64,000 nt of DNA, from assembly GCA_963722935.1 (NCBI GenBank), contig CAVROY010000004.1, positions 1,147,495-1,211,494 of the forward strand, read 5' to 3'. How positions within the stretch are numbered: the stretch's first letter is position 1; each line of letters begins with the position of its first letter. This document shows, in pieces, positions 8,774 through 18,943 of the stretch. The stretch comes from an uncultured Acidobacteriaceae bacterium (GTDB taxonomy: Bacteria > Acidobacteriota > Terriglobia > Bryobacterales > Bryobacteraceae). The notes beneath the pieces are model-generated. The model had not been told where the DNA came from, searched no databases, and was given only the letters and a program-made list of their open reading frames with translations. Both the position numbers and the translations under genes were made by a program.

Positions 8774-10711
8774 ATGAAATTACCGATACTGATTGCGCTC
8801 GCCTGCGGCCTTCTCCCCTGCTCCTTCGCACAGCAAACCAATCCGGATGCCCAGCTAATCGCAAAACGTAACGCCACCGAAAAAGAATTGGAATCTGTAG
8901 CGATCATTGACCGCAAGCTGATGATTCCCATGCGCGATGGGAAGCGTATGGCCACCGATGTTTACCGCCCCAAGGATACTTCGAAGAAATACCCGATCAT
9001 CTTCGTTCGCACGCCTTACAATTTCAACTACTGGGATGTGAAACTCGGCGCGCCCCGTGACATGACAACCGAGCTCGACGCCGTTAAGCGTGGATACGCC
9101 TATGTCGAAATCAATGAGCGCGGCCACTTCTTTTCCGAAGGAACGTACGACATTTTGGGCGCTCCGCTTTCCGACGGTGACGACGAACTGTCCTGGATGT
9201 CGAGCCAGTCCTGGTCGAACGGCAAAGTGGGGACGATTGGCTGCTCTTCCACCGCTGAATGGCAACTGGGCGTCGCCGCGTTGAACAATCCCGCATTAGC
9301 CGCCATGATCCCGCAGGGCTTTGGCGCGGGCGTTGGCCGGGTCGGTCCTTATTACGAGCAAGGCAACTGGTATCGCGGCGGAGCCGTACAAATGTTATTC
9401 ATTGCGTGGCTCTATGGCGAACAGAACCAGATACGGCCCATGTTCCCGCCTAATACTTCCCAGGAAGATTTGATTCGCGTGTCGAAGGCATTCGACCTCG
9501 CGCAACAACTGCCACCCGTGGACTGGTCAAAAGCTCTGGCGTACCTTCCCGAGATGGACATCATCAAGTCGGTAGATGGGCCTCATGGAATATTCGCCGA
9601 CCGTGCGGAAGTATCAACCGGGGGCGCCATGATTAAGCGTCAGCCGAATGATCCGGCTTGGTATCGCGGCGGTTTATGGAATGACAGTAAACCGATCAAC
9701 GTGCCCGGATTCTGGTTTATGTCCTGGTATGACGTGTCCATCGGCCCGAACCTCGCCGCTTATAACTATGTCCGCAAGACGGCGCGGCCAGAGATTGGAA
9801 ATGAACAATATGCGGTCATTGCGCCCACGCTTCATTGCTCATACAAGCGCGCGACCGAAGACACCATTGTGGGTGAGCGCAGCATGGGTGATGCGCGACT
9901 TGATTATGACGCGCTTACCTACGGCTGGTTCGATTACTTTCTGAAAGGCGAGAAGAATCAGTTCCTGGAAAAGACACCCAAGGTTCGCTACTTCACCATG
10001 GGCATGAACAAGTGGCAGACCTCGAACACCTGGCCGCCTGAAGGTGCGCAGCCGTTGACCTTCTTCCTTGCCAGTGGCGGCAAAGCGAATAGTCTGAATG
10101 GAGATGGGGTGCTGACAGCGCAGGCTGTCGATACCGACACGCCGGACAAATTTACGTACGATCCCATGAATCCAGTGCCTTCCTACGGCGGCAACGTTTG
10201 CTGCACAGGCAATGCTGTCGCTGGCGGCGCGTTCGATCAACGCAAGATGGAAGCCCGCGCCGATATTCTCGTTTATACGACGGAGCCGTTGAAAGAAGGA
10301 ATTGAAGTGAGCGGACCACTCGAAGCGACGCTCTATGTTTCATCCGATGTCAAAGACACTGATTTCACGGTGAAAGTGATCGACGTCTATCCAGATGGCA
10401 AAGCTTACAACCTGGACGAGACTATCCAGCGTGTTCGTTATCGCGAGGGCTACAACAAGCCGCCGGTTTGGATGGAAAAGGATAAGGTCTACAAACTCAC
10501 GCTGCAGCCCATGACGACCAGCAACTTCTTCCCCGCCGGCCACAGACTACGGATTGAGGTCTCCAGCAGCAATTTCCCGCGCTTCGACCGCAATATGAAT
10601 ACTGGCGGAAATAATTATGATGAGACATCCGGAGTGGTGGCGCACAACGCTGTCCATCATTCTCAACGATATCCCTCACAGATAACAGTGTCAGTCGTGA
10701 GGCGCAGTTAG
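8774..10711 (+). CDS. CocE/NonD-family hydrolase (peptidase S15-like), secreted
   Basis: Signal peptide [20 protein letters not shown] starts at ATG 8774. It has an alpha/beta-hydrolase core ([11 protein letters not shown]) and the family's C-terminal beta-sandwich ([23 protein letters not shown]). The ORF-track extension back to 8306 overlaps the previous gene and is rejected. Confidence 0.8.
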   Translation: MKLPILIALACGLLPCSFAQQTNPDAQLIAKRNATEKELESVAIIDRKLMIPMRDGKRMATDVYRPKDTSKKYPIIFVRTPYNFNYWDVKLGAPRDMTTELDAVKRGYAYVEINERGHFFSEGTYDILGAPLSDGDDELSWMSSQSWSNGKVGTIGCSSTAEWQLGVAALNNPALAAMIPQGFGAGVGRVGPYYEQGNWYRGGAVQMLFIAWLYGEQNQIRPMFPPNTSQEDLIRVSKAFDLAQQLPPVDWSKALAYLPEMDIIKSVDGPHGIFADRAEVSTGGAMIKRQPNDPAWYRGGLWNDSKPINVPGFWFMSWYDVSIGPNLAAYNYVRKTARPEIGNEQYAVIAPTLHCSYKRATEDTIVGERSMGDARLDYDALTYGWFDYFLKGEKNQFLEKTPKVRYFTMGMNKWQTSNTWPPEGAQPLTFFLASGGKANSLNGDGVLTAQAVDTDTPDKFTYDPMNPVPSYGGNVCCTGNAVAGGAFDQRKMEARADILVYTTEPLKEGIEVSGPLEATLYVSSDVKDTDFTVKVIDVYPDGKAYNLDETIQRVRYREGYNKPPVWMEKDKVYKLTLQPMTTSNFFPAGHRLRIEVSSSNFPRFDRNMNTGGNNYDETSGVVAHNAVHHSQRYPSQITVSVVRRS

Positions 10712-10746
10712 TCTCCTACCACGAAGCGCTCGCACGTTCGAAATAC

Positions 10747-12102
10747 TTACGCAGGGCGGAAAGGCCAATCTCGCGCTCGTCTGGCGCGCCAGAGATAAGC
10801 CAGCACGCCTCCAAATGTCACGCCGAGGCCGGTCAAGATGTAGGCAGGTCCGCTGCAGCACAGGACGAAGATCCATCCAGCGAGTGCCAGCAGAACCGGT
10901 AGGGGGTACAGCGGCATTTTGAACGGTCTCGCGATATCGGGCCGGCTACGCCGGATTACGATCAGTCCTACACATTGCGCGGCAAATTGGGTCACGATCT
11001 GAGTCACAATGAGCGTGCGAATCAGTGCATCCAGGGTTAATAAACACGCTGCCGTTGAAATGATGCCCATGGCAACCACAGAGAAAGAGGGGAAACAGCG
11101 TCTCGGGTGCACGCGAGCGAAGCACGAAAAGAATTGTCCTTGAGCCGCGGCTGCATAAGGGACACGAGTGAAACCTAGCAGCACGCAAAACACCGACGCA
11201 AACGCTATCCATAGAATCAGAGCAGTCATGAGCCGGGCGGCGTTCGAGCCATAGAGACGGGCGGTGAAGTCGGAAATGATTGCGTTAGAATTCATGGCTT
11301 CGCGCCAGGGCACGACTCCGACGATCGACAGGCTCATGGCGAGATAGAGCGCTGCAAGAATGAGAATCGAGAGCAGAATGGTGCGGGGAATTGTACGCGC
11401 AGGCTTCTCGATTTCACCTCCGATCAGACACACGTTAAAGTATCCGCTGAAATCATACGTAGTGATTAAGGTTGCCGCACCCAGACCAAGAAAGAATGCA
11501 GTCGACAAATGGAATGCACCGGAGGGGAGTTGAAACGCGCGTGCGGCCACGAAGTGCGTCGCTCCGCTCCAGATGATGATGCCCATAGCGAGCACGAGTC
11601 CAGTCCAGAGAACGACCGAAATTCGCCCGACGGCACGGATGTCTCGATACAGGAGAACGGTCGCGGCGATGCAGACCGCCATCGCCACTCCGGTATGCTG
11701 CACCGCGCTCATCGGGCGAAACAAATAGCGGGCGTAATCGGCAAAGCCGACGCCGCCCGAAGCGGCAATGAGCGGTCCGACAAGCATGACTTGCCAGAGG
11801 AACAGGAAACCCATCAGCTTGCCCAGGGACTTCGAGCCAAAAGCTTGTTGTAGATAGTCGTACGAGCCGCCGCTGTCCGGCATCGCTGCACCCAATTCAG
11901 ACCAGACCAGGCCGTCGCACAGCGAGATGAGCGCGCCGAAAATCCAACCCAGCAGAGCCTGTGGTCCGCCCATGGTGCCGAGAATGAGTGGAATCGTAAG
12001 AAACGGACCGACGCCGACCATGCTCAACATGTTCGAAGCAACGGCCGGGAAGAGGCTCATGCCTCTCTTCAAGGCGGGTGTAGCGCCCTCTTTCATCCAC
12101 AT
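10747..12102 (-). CDS. APC-superfamily amino acid permease
   Basis: The protein is hydrophobic and polytopic throughout. The N-terminus LKRGMSLFPAVASNMLSMVGVGPF is typical of amino acid/polyamine permeases. Confidence 0.75.
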   Translation of the reverse strand: MWMKEGATPALKRGMSLFPAVASNMLSMVGVGPFLTIPLILGTMGGPQALLGWIFGALISLCDGLVWSELGAAMPDSGGSYDYLQQAFGSKSLGKLMGFLFLWQVMLVGPLIAASGGVGFADYARYLFRPMSAVQHTGVAMAVCIAATVLLYRDIRAVGRISVVLWTGLVLAMGIIIWSGATHFVAARAFQLPSGAFHLSTAFFLGLGAATLITTYDFSGYFNVCLIGGEIEKPARTIPRTILLSILILAALYLAMSLSIVGVVPWREAMNSNAIISDFTARLYGSNAARLMTALILWIAFASVFCVLLGFTRVPYAAAAQGQFFSCFARVHPRRCFPSFSVVAMGIISTAACLLTLDALIRTLIVTQIVTQFAAQCVGLIVIRRSRPDIARPFKMPLYPLPVLLALAGWIFVLCCSGPAYILTGLGVTFGGVLAYLWRARRARDWPFRPA

Positions 12103-12168
12103 CCTTGCAAATGCGTTTTTTCAAGTCCGATGTAACATCCTCTCGGTGGTACTGTCACCATTTCAACT

Positions 12169-12819
12169 ATGTTCCTATTTCGACTCTTTGCTTTGCTGTC
12201 GCTTGCCACTAGTCTGCTTCCAGCAGCCGGCCAGGGCAGCTGGATCGCTCTCTTTAATGAAAAGGACCTGTCCGGATGGAAACACGTCGGGCCTGGTGGA
12301 ATGAGAGTTGAGGGCGGACTGATCCGCACGTACGGCGGGATGGGATTGCTCTACTGGACCGGCGGTACGGTCGGGAACTGCAACATTCGCGTGGTTTTCA
12401 AGATGCGGGATCATAACGACAACTCCGGCGTTTACGTGCGCATTCCAATTGAGCCCAGAGAGCCGTGGATGCCTGTGAACTACGCCTACGAGGTCCAGAT
12501 TGACAACATTGCCGAAGGCGAGGACCAATACCATATCACGGGAACGCTGTACTCTCTGACCAAACCCCTAGCGCGACCGGGAAAGCCCGGGCCCGAGTGG
12601 AACACGATGGTTATCACGCTGGACGGCCCGCATACGGTCGTCGTGGTGAATGGTGAAAAGGTGACAGATTACACCGAAGGCGATCCTGTCCCGCCGAAGA
12701 AGCTGTCGTTTGAGCCAGAGCGCGGCCGGCGACCCACTTTCGGCTTCTTTGGGCTCCAGAACCACAGCGATAACGACATCGTGTTTTTCAAATCCGTGGA
12801 GATACAACCGCTTAGATGA
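12169..12819 (+). CDS. DUF1080 domain protein (3-keto-disaccharide hydrolase-like lectin fold), secreted
   Basis: It has a signal peptide (MFLFRLFALLSLATSLLPAAG). DLSGWKHVGPGG and FGLQNHSDNDIVFFKSVEIQPL are characteristic of DUF1080. Confidence 0.75.
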   Translation: MFLFRLFALLSLATSLLPAAGQGSWIALFNEKDLSGWKHVGPGGMRVEGGLIRTYGGMGLLYWTGGTVGNCNIRVVFKMRDHNDNSGVYVRIPIEPREPWMPVNYAYEVQIDNIAEGEDQYHITGTLYSLTKPLARPGKPGPEWNTMVITLDGPHTVVVVNGEKVTDYTEGDPVPPKKLSFEPERGRRPTFGFFGLQNHSDNDIVFFKSVEIQPLR

Positions 12820-12923
12820 GGAATCCCGTCTAAAGTGAACGCGATTCCGGGATGAAGCCGAACAGTTTCAGGCCGATCCCGGAACCGCGTTCGGCCTGAT
12901 CCCGGAATGACTTCCACAGGCCA

Positions 12924-13190
12924 GTGGCGCTGGACAACACAATTACAAGCAGCCTCCTCAAGAAAAGGGACTTTGCAACTGCCTGTCTCACGCTGGCACT
13001 GCAAGGAGCCGGTCCTGGTCCGGCCCAACGAGGCGTCGAAATCGCCCGGCTCCTCTTTGTCATGGACAAGATTCCGAAGCACGAACGAGATCGAGTCAGG
13101 CGAGACCTGCTCGGCTACTGTTACCGGGATGCGCTGGCGATGGTCAGGTTAGTCGAGACTTTGGAAGGCCTGGCCCGAGTTGCTCCATGA
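12924..13190 (+). pseudogene. C-terminal remnant of a DUF2779 / YprB-type RNase H-like nuclease-family gene (tentative)
   Basis: The ending ...RDLLGYCYRDALAMVRLVETLEGL resembles the conserved C-terminal L..YC/N..D..AMV.L block of those families. No plausible N-terminal domain lies upstream and no RBS is apparent. Confidence 0.3.
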
Positions 13191-13221
13191 TGCGGCCGAC
13201 TCGGGCTTAACAAGCCCAATG

Positions 13222-13771
<550 letters not shown>

Positions 13772-14075
13772 TACGCAAGAGTACCGCCGATGGGGTAAAC
13801 AGCAAGATTACTCCGCTTCACGACTAGGAGCCACTCACGTAACGCATGACGATGACAATTTGAGAGCTTAGTACTTCCACAAGCGCGGCATTCGCGTCGT
13901 CCGAGCGGTCAATGGGATGAACGAACTCGTAGGGACGAGGGCTCAACCGGAGCGCTGGTCGCGCTTCGGGTCACTGTGTGCTGAGGTGGGGATGAAGTGA
14001 ACCACTGGAGTGAGATAGCAAGCTAAGGGGGTAATTGCTGTCGGTTGTACACGTTTTCCAAAACTGATCGAGAAT

Positions 14076-14540
14076 CTACGGCTCTGGATGAAATGGATGA
14101 ATGCGGCCTGTACTCGCAGGTTCGGGAGTTTCCATATCGAGGTTGATGACTATCGGGTCCTGGCCGCTGCGGACGACCACAGCTTCGCACGCCTCGTCTT
14201 GTTTTGCATTAATCTCCTGGTGAGGCACGTAAGGCGGAACGTAGATGAAATCGCCCGGACCCGCTTCATCGCTGAACTCCAGATGATTGCCCCACCGCAT
14301 GCGAGCGCGCCCCTTCACAATGTAGAGAACGGTTTCCAGTTCGCCGTGGTGATGAGGTCCCGTCTTTGCATCCGGCTGGACAACGACCGTACCGGCCCAA
14401 AGTTTGGTAGCCCCCGTGCATGCGTGTGTAATCGCCGCAGCTCTTTCCATGCCTGCCGTTTGCGGCGTGTTCGGGTCGAGTTCCCCGGCGCGGACGATCT
14501 TTACGCCGTGAGTTCTCCAGTCAGCGCTTCCCGCTTCCAT
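14076..14540 (-). CDS. cupin domain-containing protein
   Basis: Cupin motifs are present: GPHHHGELETVLYIVKGRA ... GDFIYVPPYVPHQEIN. Confidence 0.75.
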   Translation of the reverse strand: MEAGSADWRTHGVKIVRAGELDPNTPQTAGMERAAAITHACTGATKLWAGTVVVQPDAKTGPHHHGELETVLYIVKGRARMRWGNHLEFSDEAGPGDFIYVPPYVPHQEINAKQDEACEAVVVRSGQDPIVINLDMETPEPASTGRIHPFHPEP

Positions 14541-14638
14541 GCCTGAGATTATGACGCGGCTCGCGCGAGCGTGAGTGGGCTGTGTCGAGAGCTGGCTAAT
14601 TCAGATCAGGATCTTTGACGTTTGATAGCATCGTCCGC

Positions 14639-15100
14639 ATGTCTAAATGGATATGTATGCTCCTGGCGGCCGGGGTGGTTGCCTACGGAGTGGAGCTTCC
14701 AACCAAGCCCTATCTCGATCTGCGCACTATCAAAACCATGGTGACCGCCGCGGAAGCGGAAGCGGCTAAACGGAACGTCCATGTGAGCCTCTGCATTGTC
14801 GACGAAAGCGGCAACCTGCTGTTTCTGGAGAAAGCCGATGGCGCTCCACTCAACACCATCGAATTCGCTCAAAAGAAGGCGCGCCACGCCGCCTTTTATG
14901 GAAGTCCCTCTAAGAACGGTTTGGATGCCATCAGAGCAGGCAAACTGGACGTGCTCGCACTTCCGGATTATTTTCCCAATCAAGGCGGACTGCCGATCAA
15001 AGTAGACGGCCAACTCGTCGGCGGAGTCGCGGCCAGCGGGGCTAAGTCCGAGGTCGACGAGGCTGTTGCTCAAGCTGGCCTGGACGCTTTAGGAAAGTAA
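14639..15100 (+). CDS. GlcG/HbpS-like (DUF336) heme-binding protein, secreted
   Basis: Signal peptide MSKWICMLLAAGVVAYG starts at ATG 14639. SLCIVDESGNLL and GGLPIKVDGQLVGGVAASGA are DUF336 signatures. Confidence 0.75.
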   Translation: MSKWICMLLAAGVVAYGVELPTKPYLDLRTIKTMVTAAEAEAAKRNVHVSLCIVDESGNLLFLEKADGAPLNTIEFAQKKARHAAFYGSPSKNGLDAIRAGKLDVLALPDYFPNQGGLPIKVDGQLVGGVAASGAKSEVDEAVAQAGLDALGK

Positions 15101-15187
15101 GAACACACCAATTTTCCTCCGCCCCGGCGAATGCAGCTCCAATTGACGCGTTGTGGGATTTTCAAACTTGCTTTGTGTACAGATGCC

Positions 15188-16645
15188 TTAAGCGTATGGA
15201 AATTCGCAGGCGGCAAGTTCGGCAGGAGCGTCGCCGACCTGGGTCATCCAGTCCTTCAGACGCTCACGCAATTGTCTTTCAACTGCTACGGTCTCCTTAT
15301 GTCCCGCGAGGTTCACAAGCTGATGAGGATCTGAGCGATTGTTATAAAGCTGGAAGGATGAATAGCGAGCGGCGTTTGGCGCCGGCTGAAAGTGTTCGTC
15401 CTGGCGAGGGGCTGCGAGTGCATAGGTCCACTCGTCTGTCCTGAGCGCACGCGCCACCCAGAATTCCGACATTTGGATAAAAACCTCTTTTCGCCAGCCA
15501 TGATTGTCGTCGTGTATCAAGGGCAACGTACTCTTGCCCTGCATTGTGCCTGGAATCGGAAGTCCCGCAGCATCGAGCAGCGTTGGCGTCACATCCACCA
15601 TGCTGACGAGTTCCGGAATTTCCCGGCCGCCCTCAAACCCCGGCCCTTCGACGATCAGGGGAATGTGCGTAGAAGCGTCATGGGCGCTGCGCTTATATTC
15701 GGTGTTCCGCGTCATGAAGTGACAGCCATGATCGCTGACAAAAGCCACAATCGCGTTGCTGTCGAGCGCCGTTTCTTTCAGGGTTGCGCCAATCTCGCCG
15801 ATGGCTTCGTCGATGCGCTTGAGACAGCCATAGTAATCGGGCAATTGTTCCTGCCAATTTCCCGGTAATCGTCTCAAATCTTCAGGAACGTACGGATTTT
15901 GGTAGCGCTCTCTGTACAGGTTCGGCGCAACCATCCGGCCCATGTCATTCTGCTGGTGCGGTTCTAGATACGAGACGACCAGGAGAAAAGGAGACGCTTT
16001 GCTGGCGTTCTTCAAGAATCGTTTAACTCGGCTGGTTAAGAAATCCACGCGATACTGCTCGGCAAAGTGAATCGGCCGGCCATCCGTGTCGTAGATATCG
16101 CCTTCGTACGGATGCGACGTTAGTTCAAGCATGTTTGCCGCCTCCCAGAGGTCGAGGAAGCCGCCCCGATTCGCGGGAGTCACAGGCCCGGAAGGTCCCG
16201 CTGCCAGGTGCCACTTTCCGATGTAATTCGCCGAGTAACCTGCTTTTCGGCATTCCGTCGCGATGGTTGTCGTCGAAGGAGGTAAGCCCAACGCGGCGCT
16301 GGCGTTTTTCCAGACACCGTGTTTGGCCGGATATTCACCCGTGAAGAGGCTCGCGCGGGAAGGGCTGCAGACCGGTTGATTGGTGAACATGTTCCGGTAA
16401 AGCGTCCCGCGACCCGCCATGGCGTCGAGATTCGGGGTCAACTGCATCGGATTGATCCCGTATGCGCCGATGGCATCCCATCGCACCTGGTCCGCAATGA
16501 TGATCAGCAAATTGGGCTTCACGGAAGGCCGCGTCTCGGGTTCATTTGCTTTCAACAGCGGTACCGCTGCCAAAGATCCTGACGCGCTCAGAAGCGTGCG
16601 CCGCGAGACCCGGTCAGCGTTGGTTGTGCCTGGTATCGAAGCCAT
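15188..16645 (-). CDS. sulfatase (formylglycine-dependent arylsulfatase family), Tat signal
   Basis: The Tat motif is [17 protein letters not shown]. The formylglycine motif CSPSRASLFTG is present, along with NLLIIIADQVRWD and the metal-binding region FVSDHGCH. Confidence 0.85.
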   Translation of the reverse strand: MASIPGTTNADRVSRRTLLSASGSLAAVPLLKANEPETRPSVKPNLLIIIADQVRWDAIGAYGINPMQLTPNLDAMAGRGTLYRNMFTNQPVCSPSRASLFTGEYPAKHGVWKNASAALGLPPSTTTIATECRKAGYSANYIGKWHLAAGPSGPVTPANRGGFLDLWEAANMLELTSHPYEGDIYDTDGRPIHFAEQYRVDFLTSRVKRFLKNASKASPFLLVVSYLEPHQQNDMGRMVAPNLYRERYQNPYVPEDLRRLPGNWQEQLPDYYGCLKRIDEAIGEIGATLKETALDSNAIVAFVSDHGCHFMTRNTEYKRSAHDASTHIPLIVEGPGFEGGREIPELVSMVDVTPTLLDAAGLPIPGTMQGKSTLPLIHDDNHGWRKEVFIQMSEFWVARALRTDEWTYALAAPRQDEHFQPAPNAARYSSFQLYNNRSDPHQLVNLAGHKETVAVERQLRERLKDWMTQVGDAPAELAACEFPYA

Positions 16646-16655
16646 AAATAACCGA

Positions 16656-18314
16656 TCACGATGTCTTTAGATTCTCGATCAGATACTCCGAGGTACGCAG
16701 GGAGAAAGCCAATATGGAAATGGTGGTCGTTTTATCGGTGCAATTGGGAAACACGCTGGCGTCGCAGATATAAAGATTCGGGATGTCGTGGGTTTGCCCG
16801 AAGCGGTTCGTGGCAAACTTCTTTGGATCATGGCCCATACGGCACGTTCCGGTTTCGTGCAGACTGGTGCCCGGCATATCGATTTCTCCGGCGCCCAGGT
16901 ATTCGGCGCCACTGGCGCGCAACAGTTTTTCACACGCCTGTTTCCCGTGCTCCCACATCAGCAGAGTGTTTTTGTCCCAGGCGAAGTGAATGCGAGCGGC
17001 GGGAATTCCATAACGATCTTTTACTACTGGATCGATGTCGATGTAATTGGAATCGCTGCGTTGTGTGGGCGCCTGGATGTAGAAATTGACCGGAGTCGGA
17101 TAGCGGCGTTTGATTTCCCGTTTGAAGTCGCGGCCGAAGCCCTCAATCTGGTCGAAGTAGGATGGAAATCCGGCGCAACCGCCATCCGGGTACACGGAAT
17201 AGCCGCGAATGAACTTCTCGTTGTGCGGGTTTTCCAGGTTTTGCCAGCGCGGCATCCAGGCAACGGTACTCGACGAGACGTTGTCGGGAAAACTCGGTTG
17301 CCCGAGCAGTTGGGGAAAGTAGCCGCGAGCGGTTGTCCCGTAGAGGTGATCGCAGAGGTTCCGGCCCACCTGTCCGCTGGAATTGGCCATGCCTGCAGGC
17401 CAATGCCGCGACTTAGAGTTCAATAAAATGCGTGCAGATTCGACGCAGGAAGCGGCCACAACCACGGCTTTCGCGTAAACTTCCAGCTCCTGGCCGGTCG
17501 TTCGGTCGATGTAGCTGACACCCGAAGCGCGCCCGTTTTCGTCCGCGATGATGTTCCTGACAAGCGCATTCGTCCTGATTTCCAGGTTTCCGGACTTCTC
17601 CGCCTGTGGCAGAAAGAACCAGGGCGAGGAAAAGAACGAGCCGGTGTCACAGCCTTCCGTGCAATTGCCGCAGAAGTGGCAGGCGGGGTGGCCACCGAGC
17701 GGGCGGGTGAGTTGCGCGATGCGATCCGGCAGATACGGGATGCCGATTTTCGCAGCGCCGCTTTCGAGAATGCGATCGATGCAGCGGAAGTTCATGGGCG
17801 GCAGATATTCGCCGTCTGGGTTGCTGGGACGATTCTGCACCGTGCTGGCGACGCCGATCATGCGCTCGACGCGGCTGTAATAAGGAGCGATTTCCTCGTA
17901 AGCGATCGGCCAATCGACGTCATAGCCGTCCCGGCTGGCGGCTTTGAAATCGATCTCGCTGAAGCGTGCCGAGGACCGGCCCCAGAAGTTCGTCTTGCCG
18001 CCGACCGCAAAGCAGCGGCGCCAGGTCCATTCCGTTCCCGGTGCCGTGGTGAACGCGATCTCGTGTTCCCAAATACCGTCGGTGTATTCGTTGTCCATGT
18101 AGCCGATGGACTGCTTGCGTTTCTTGGGATCGTTGAAGCCGCGGAACTTCATGTCGTACGGCTGCTTGTGGTTTCGGAAGTCCTTGCGCGGATCAAGTCG
18201 GCGACCGGCATTCAACGCGCATACTTTCGCGCCGGCCTGGCACAGCGTGTGGATCGCCATTCCGCCACCCGCGCCGGTACCGATCACGATCACATCGAAT
18301 GTTTGTTTGGCCAT
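16656..18314 (-). CDS. GMC-family FAD-dependent oxidoreductase
   Basis: The N-terminus is DVIVIGTGAGGG (GxGxxG). The C-terminus has HETGTCRMG and ICDASVFP. The gene abuts the upstream small-subunit gene with no gap (18314/18315). Confidence 0.85.
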   Translation of the reverse strand: MAKQTFDVIVIGTGAGGGMAIHTLCQAGAKVCALNAGRRLDPRKDFRNHKQPYDMKFRGFNDPKKRKQSIGYMDNEYTDGIWEHEIAFTTAPGTEWTWRRCFAVGGKTNFWGRSSARFSEIDFKAASRDGYDVDWPIAYEEIAPYYSRVERMIGVASTVQNRPSNPDGEYLPPMNFRCIDRILESGAAKIGIPYLPDRIAQLTRPLGGHPACHFCGNCTEGCDTGSFFSSPWFFLPQAEKSGNLEIRTNALVRNIIADENGRASGVSYIDRTTGQELEVYAKAVVVAASCVESARILLNSKSRHWPAGMANSSGQVGRNLCDHLYGTTARGYFPQLLGQPSFPDNVSSSTVAWMPRWQNLENPHNEKFIRGYSVYPDGGCAGFPSYFDQIEGFGRDFKREIKRRYPTPVNFYIQAPTQRSDSNYIDIDPVVKDRYGIPAARIHFAWDKNTLLMWEHGKQACEKLLRASGAEYLGAGEIDMPGTSLHETGTCRMGHDPKKFATNRFGQTHDIPNLYICDASVFPNCTDKTTTISILAFSLRTSEYLIENLKTS

Positions 18315-18926
18315 CTAAAGCCTCGGCGGAGGAAGCCGACGATGCTCGGGATCTTCCTTGTGGGGGCATTCGGGTGAGACTGAATAGATTTTCAATCCCG
18401 GGTAATCGAGTTGCTCCAGTCCCATCCGGCTCGTGTAGTAGCCCATCACCGTGTATTCGCGAAGCAGTTTGAAGAACTCCTGGCCTTGCATTTCAGTGGG
18501 AGATTGCTGGTTCCGATAGGCCAACCTGCTCAGGAGCGCTTCCTGCTCCCCTGTGGCAAGCGCGCAAAAGCCGCGCCCATATTTTTCCGTCGCGAAGGCA
18601 TCCAGCCATGCCAGGCCCGTGCGGAAGGCGTACTGGATCTCATCGTCATGGGCGACCATGAAATCGATAAACTCGCTCACCCCGGCATCTCTTGCGCCGG
18701 GGCTGTCGTCGCGCGGAATGATCCGTTCCGTCGATTGATCGACGATTTCGTATTCTGCCGGCGTGAAGAATTGAACGCGGTAGGCTCCCGGTTTCGGTTC
18801 AGTAGATTCGCTATGCGTGTGGTCCGCCGCGCAAACCCAACGGGTGAATCCAGGAAATTGACCGACAGCGGCGACCCGGGCGAGCATCGTGAGAATTTCG
18901 CGCCGATCTGGTGATTGGTTGGCCAC
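18315..18926 (-). CDS. gluconate 2-dehydrogenase subunit 3-family protein (Tat signal)
   Basis: The Tat motif is PDRREILTMLARVAAVG. FFTPAEYEIVDQSTERIIPRDDSPGARDAGVSEFIDFMV matches the family core. The gene sits directly upstream of the GMC partner. Confidence 0.75.
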   Translation of the reverse strand: MANQSPDRREILTMLARVAAVGQFPGFTRWVCAADHTHSESTEPKPGAYRVQFFTPAEYEIVDQSTERIIPRDDSPGARDAGVSEFIDFMVAHDDEIQYAFRTGLAWLDAFATEKYGRGFCALATGEQEALLSRLAYRNQQSPTEMQGQEFFKLLREYTVMGYYTSRMGLEQLDYPGLKIYSVSPECPHKEDPEHRRLPPPRL

Positions 18927-18943
18927 GGCCTGGAATCGCAGAG

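Noticed and set aside
12846-12907. Short direct repeats (GGCCKGATCCCGGAA twice) considered as a possible CRISPR or mini-repeat array.
   Set aside because: There are only two copies, the spacing is too short, and no further units or cas genes occur anywhere in the window.
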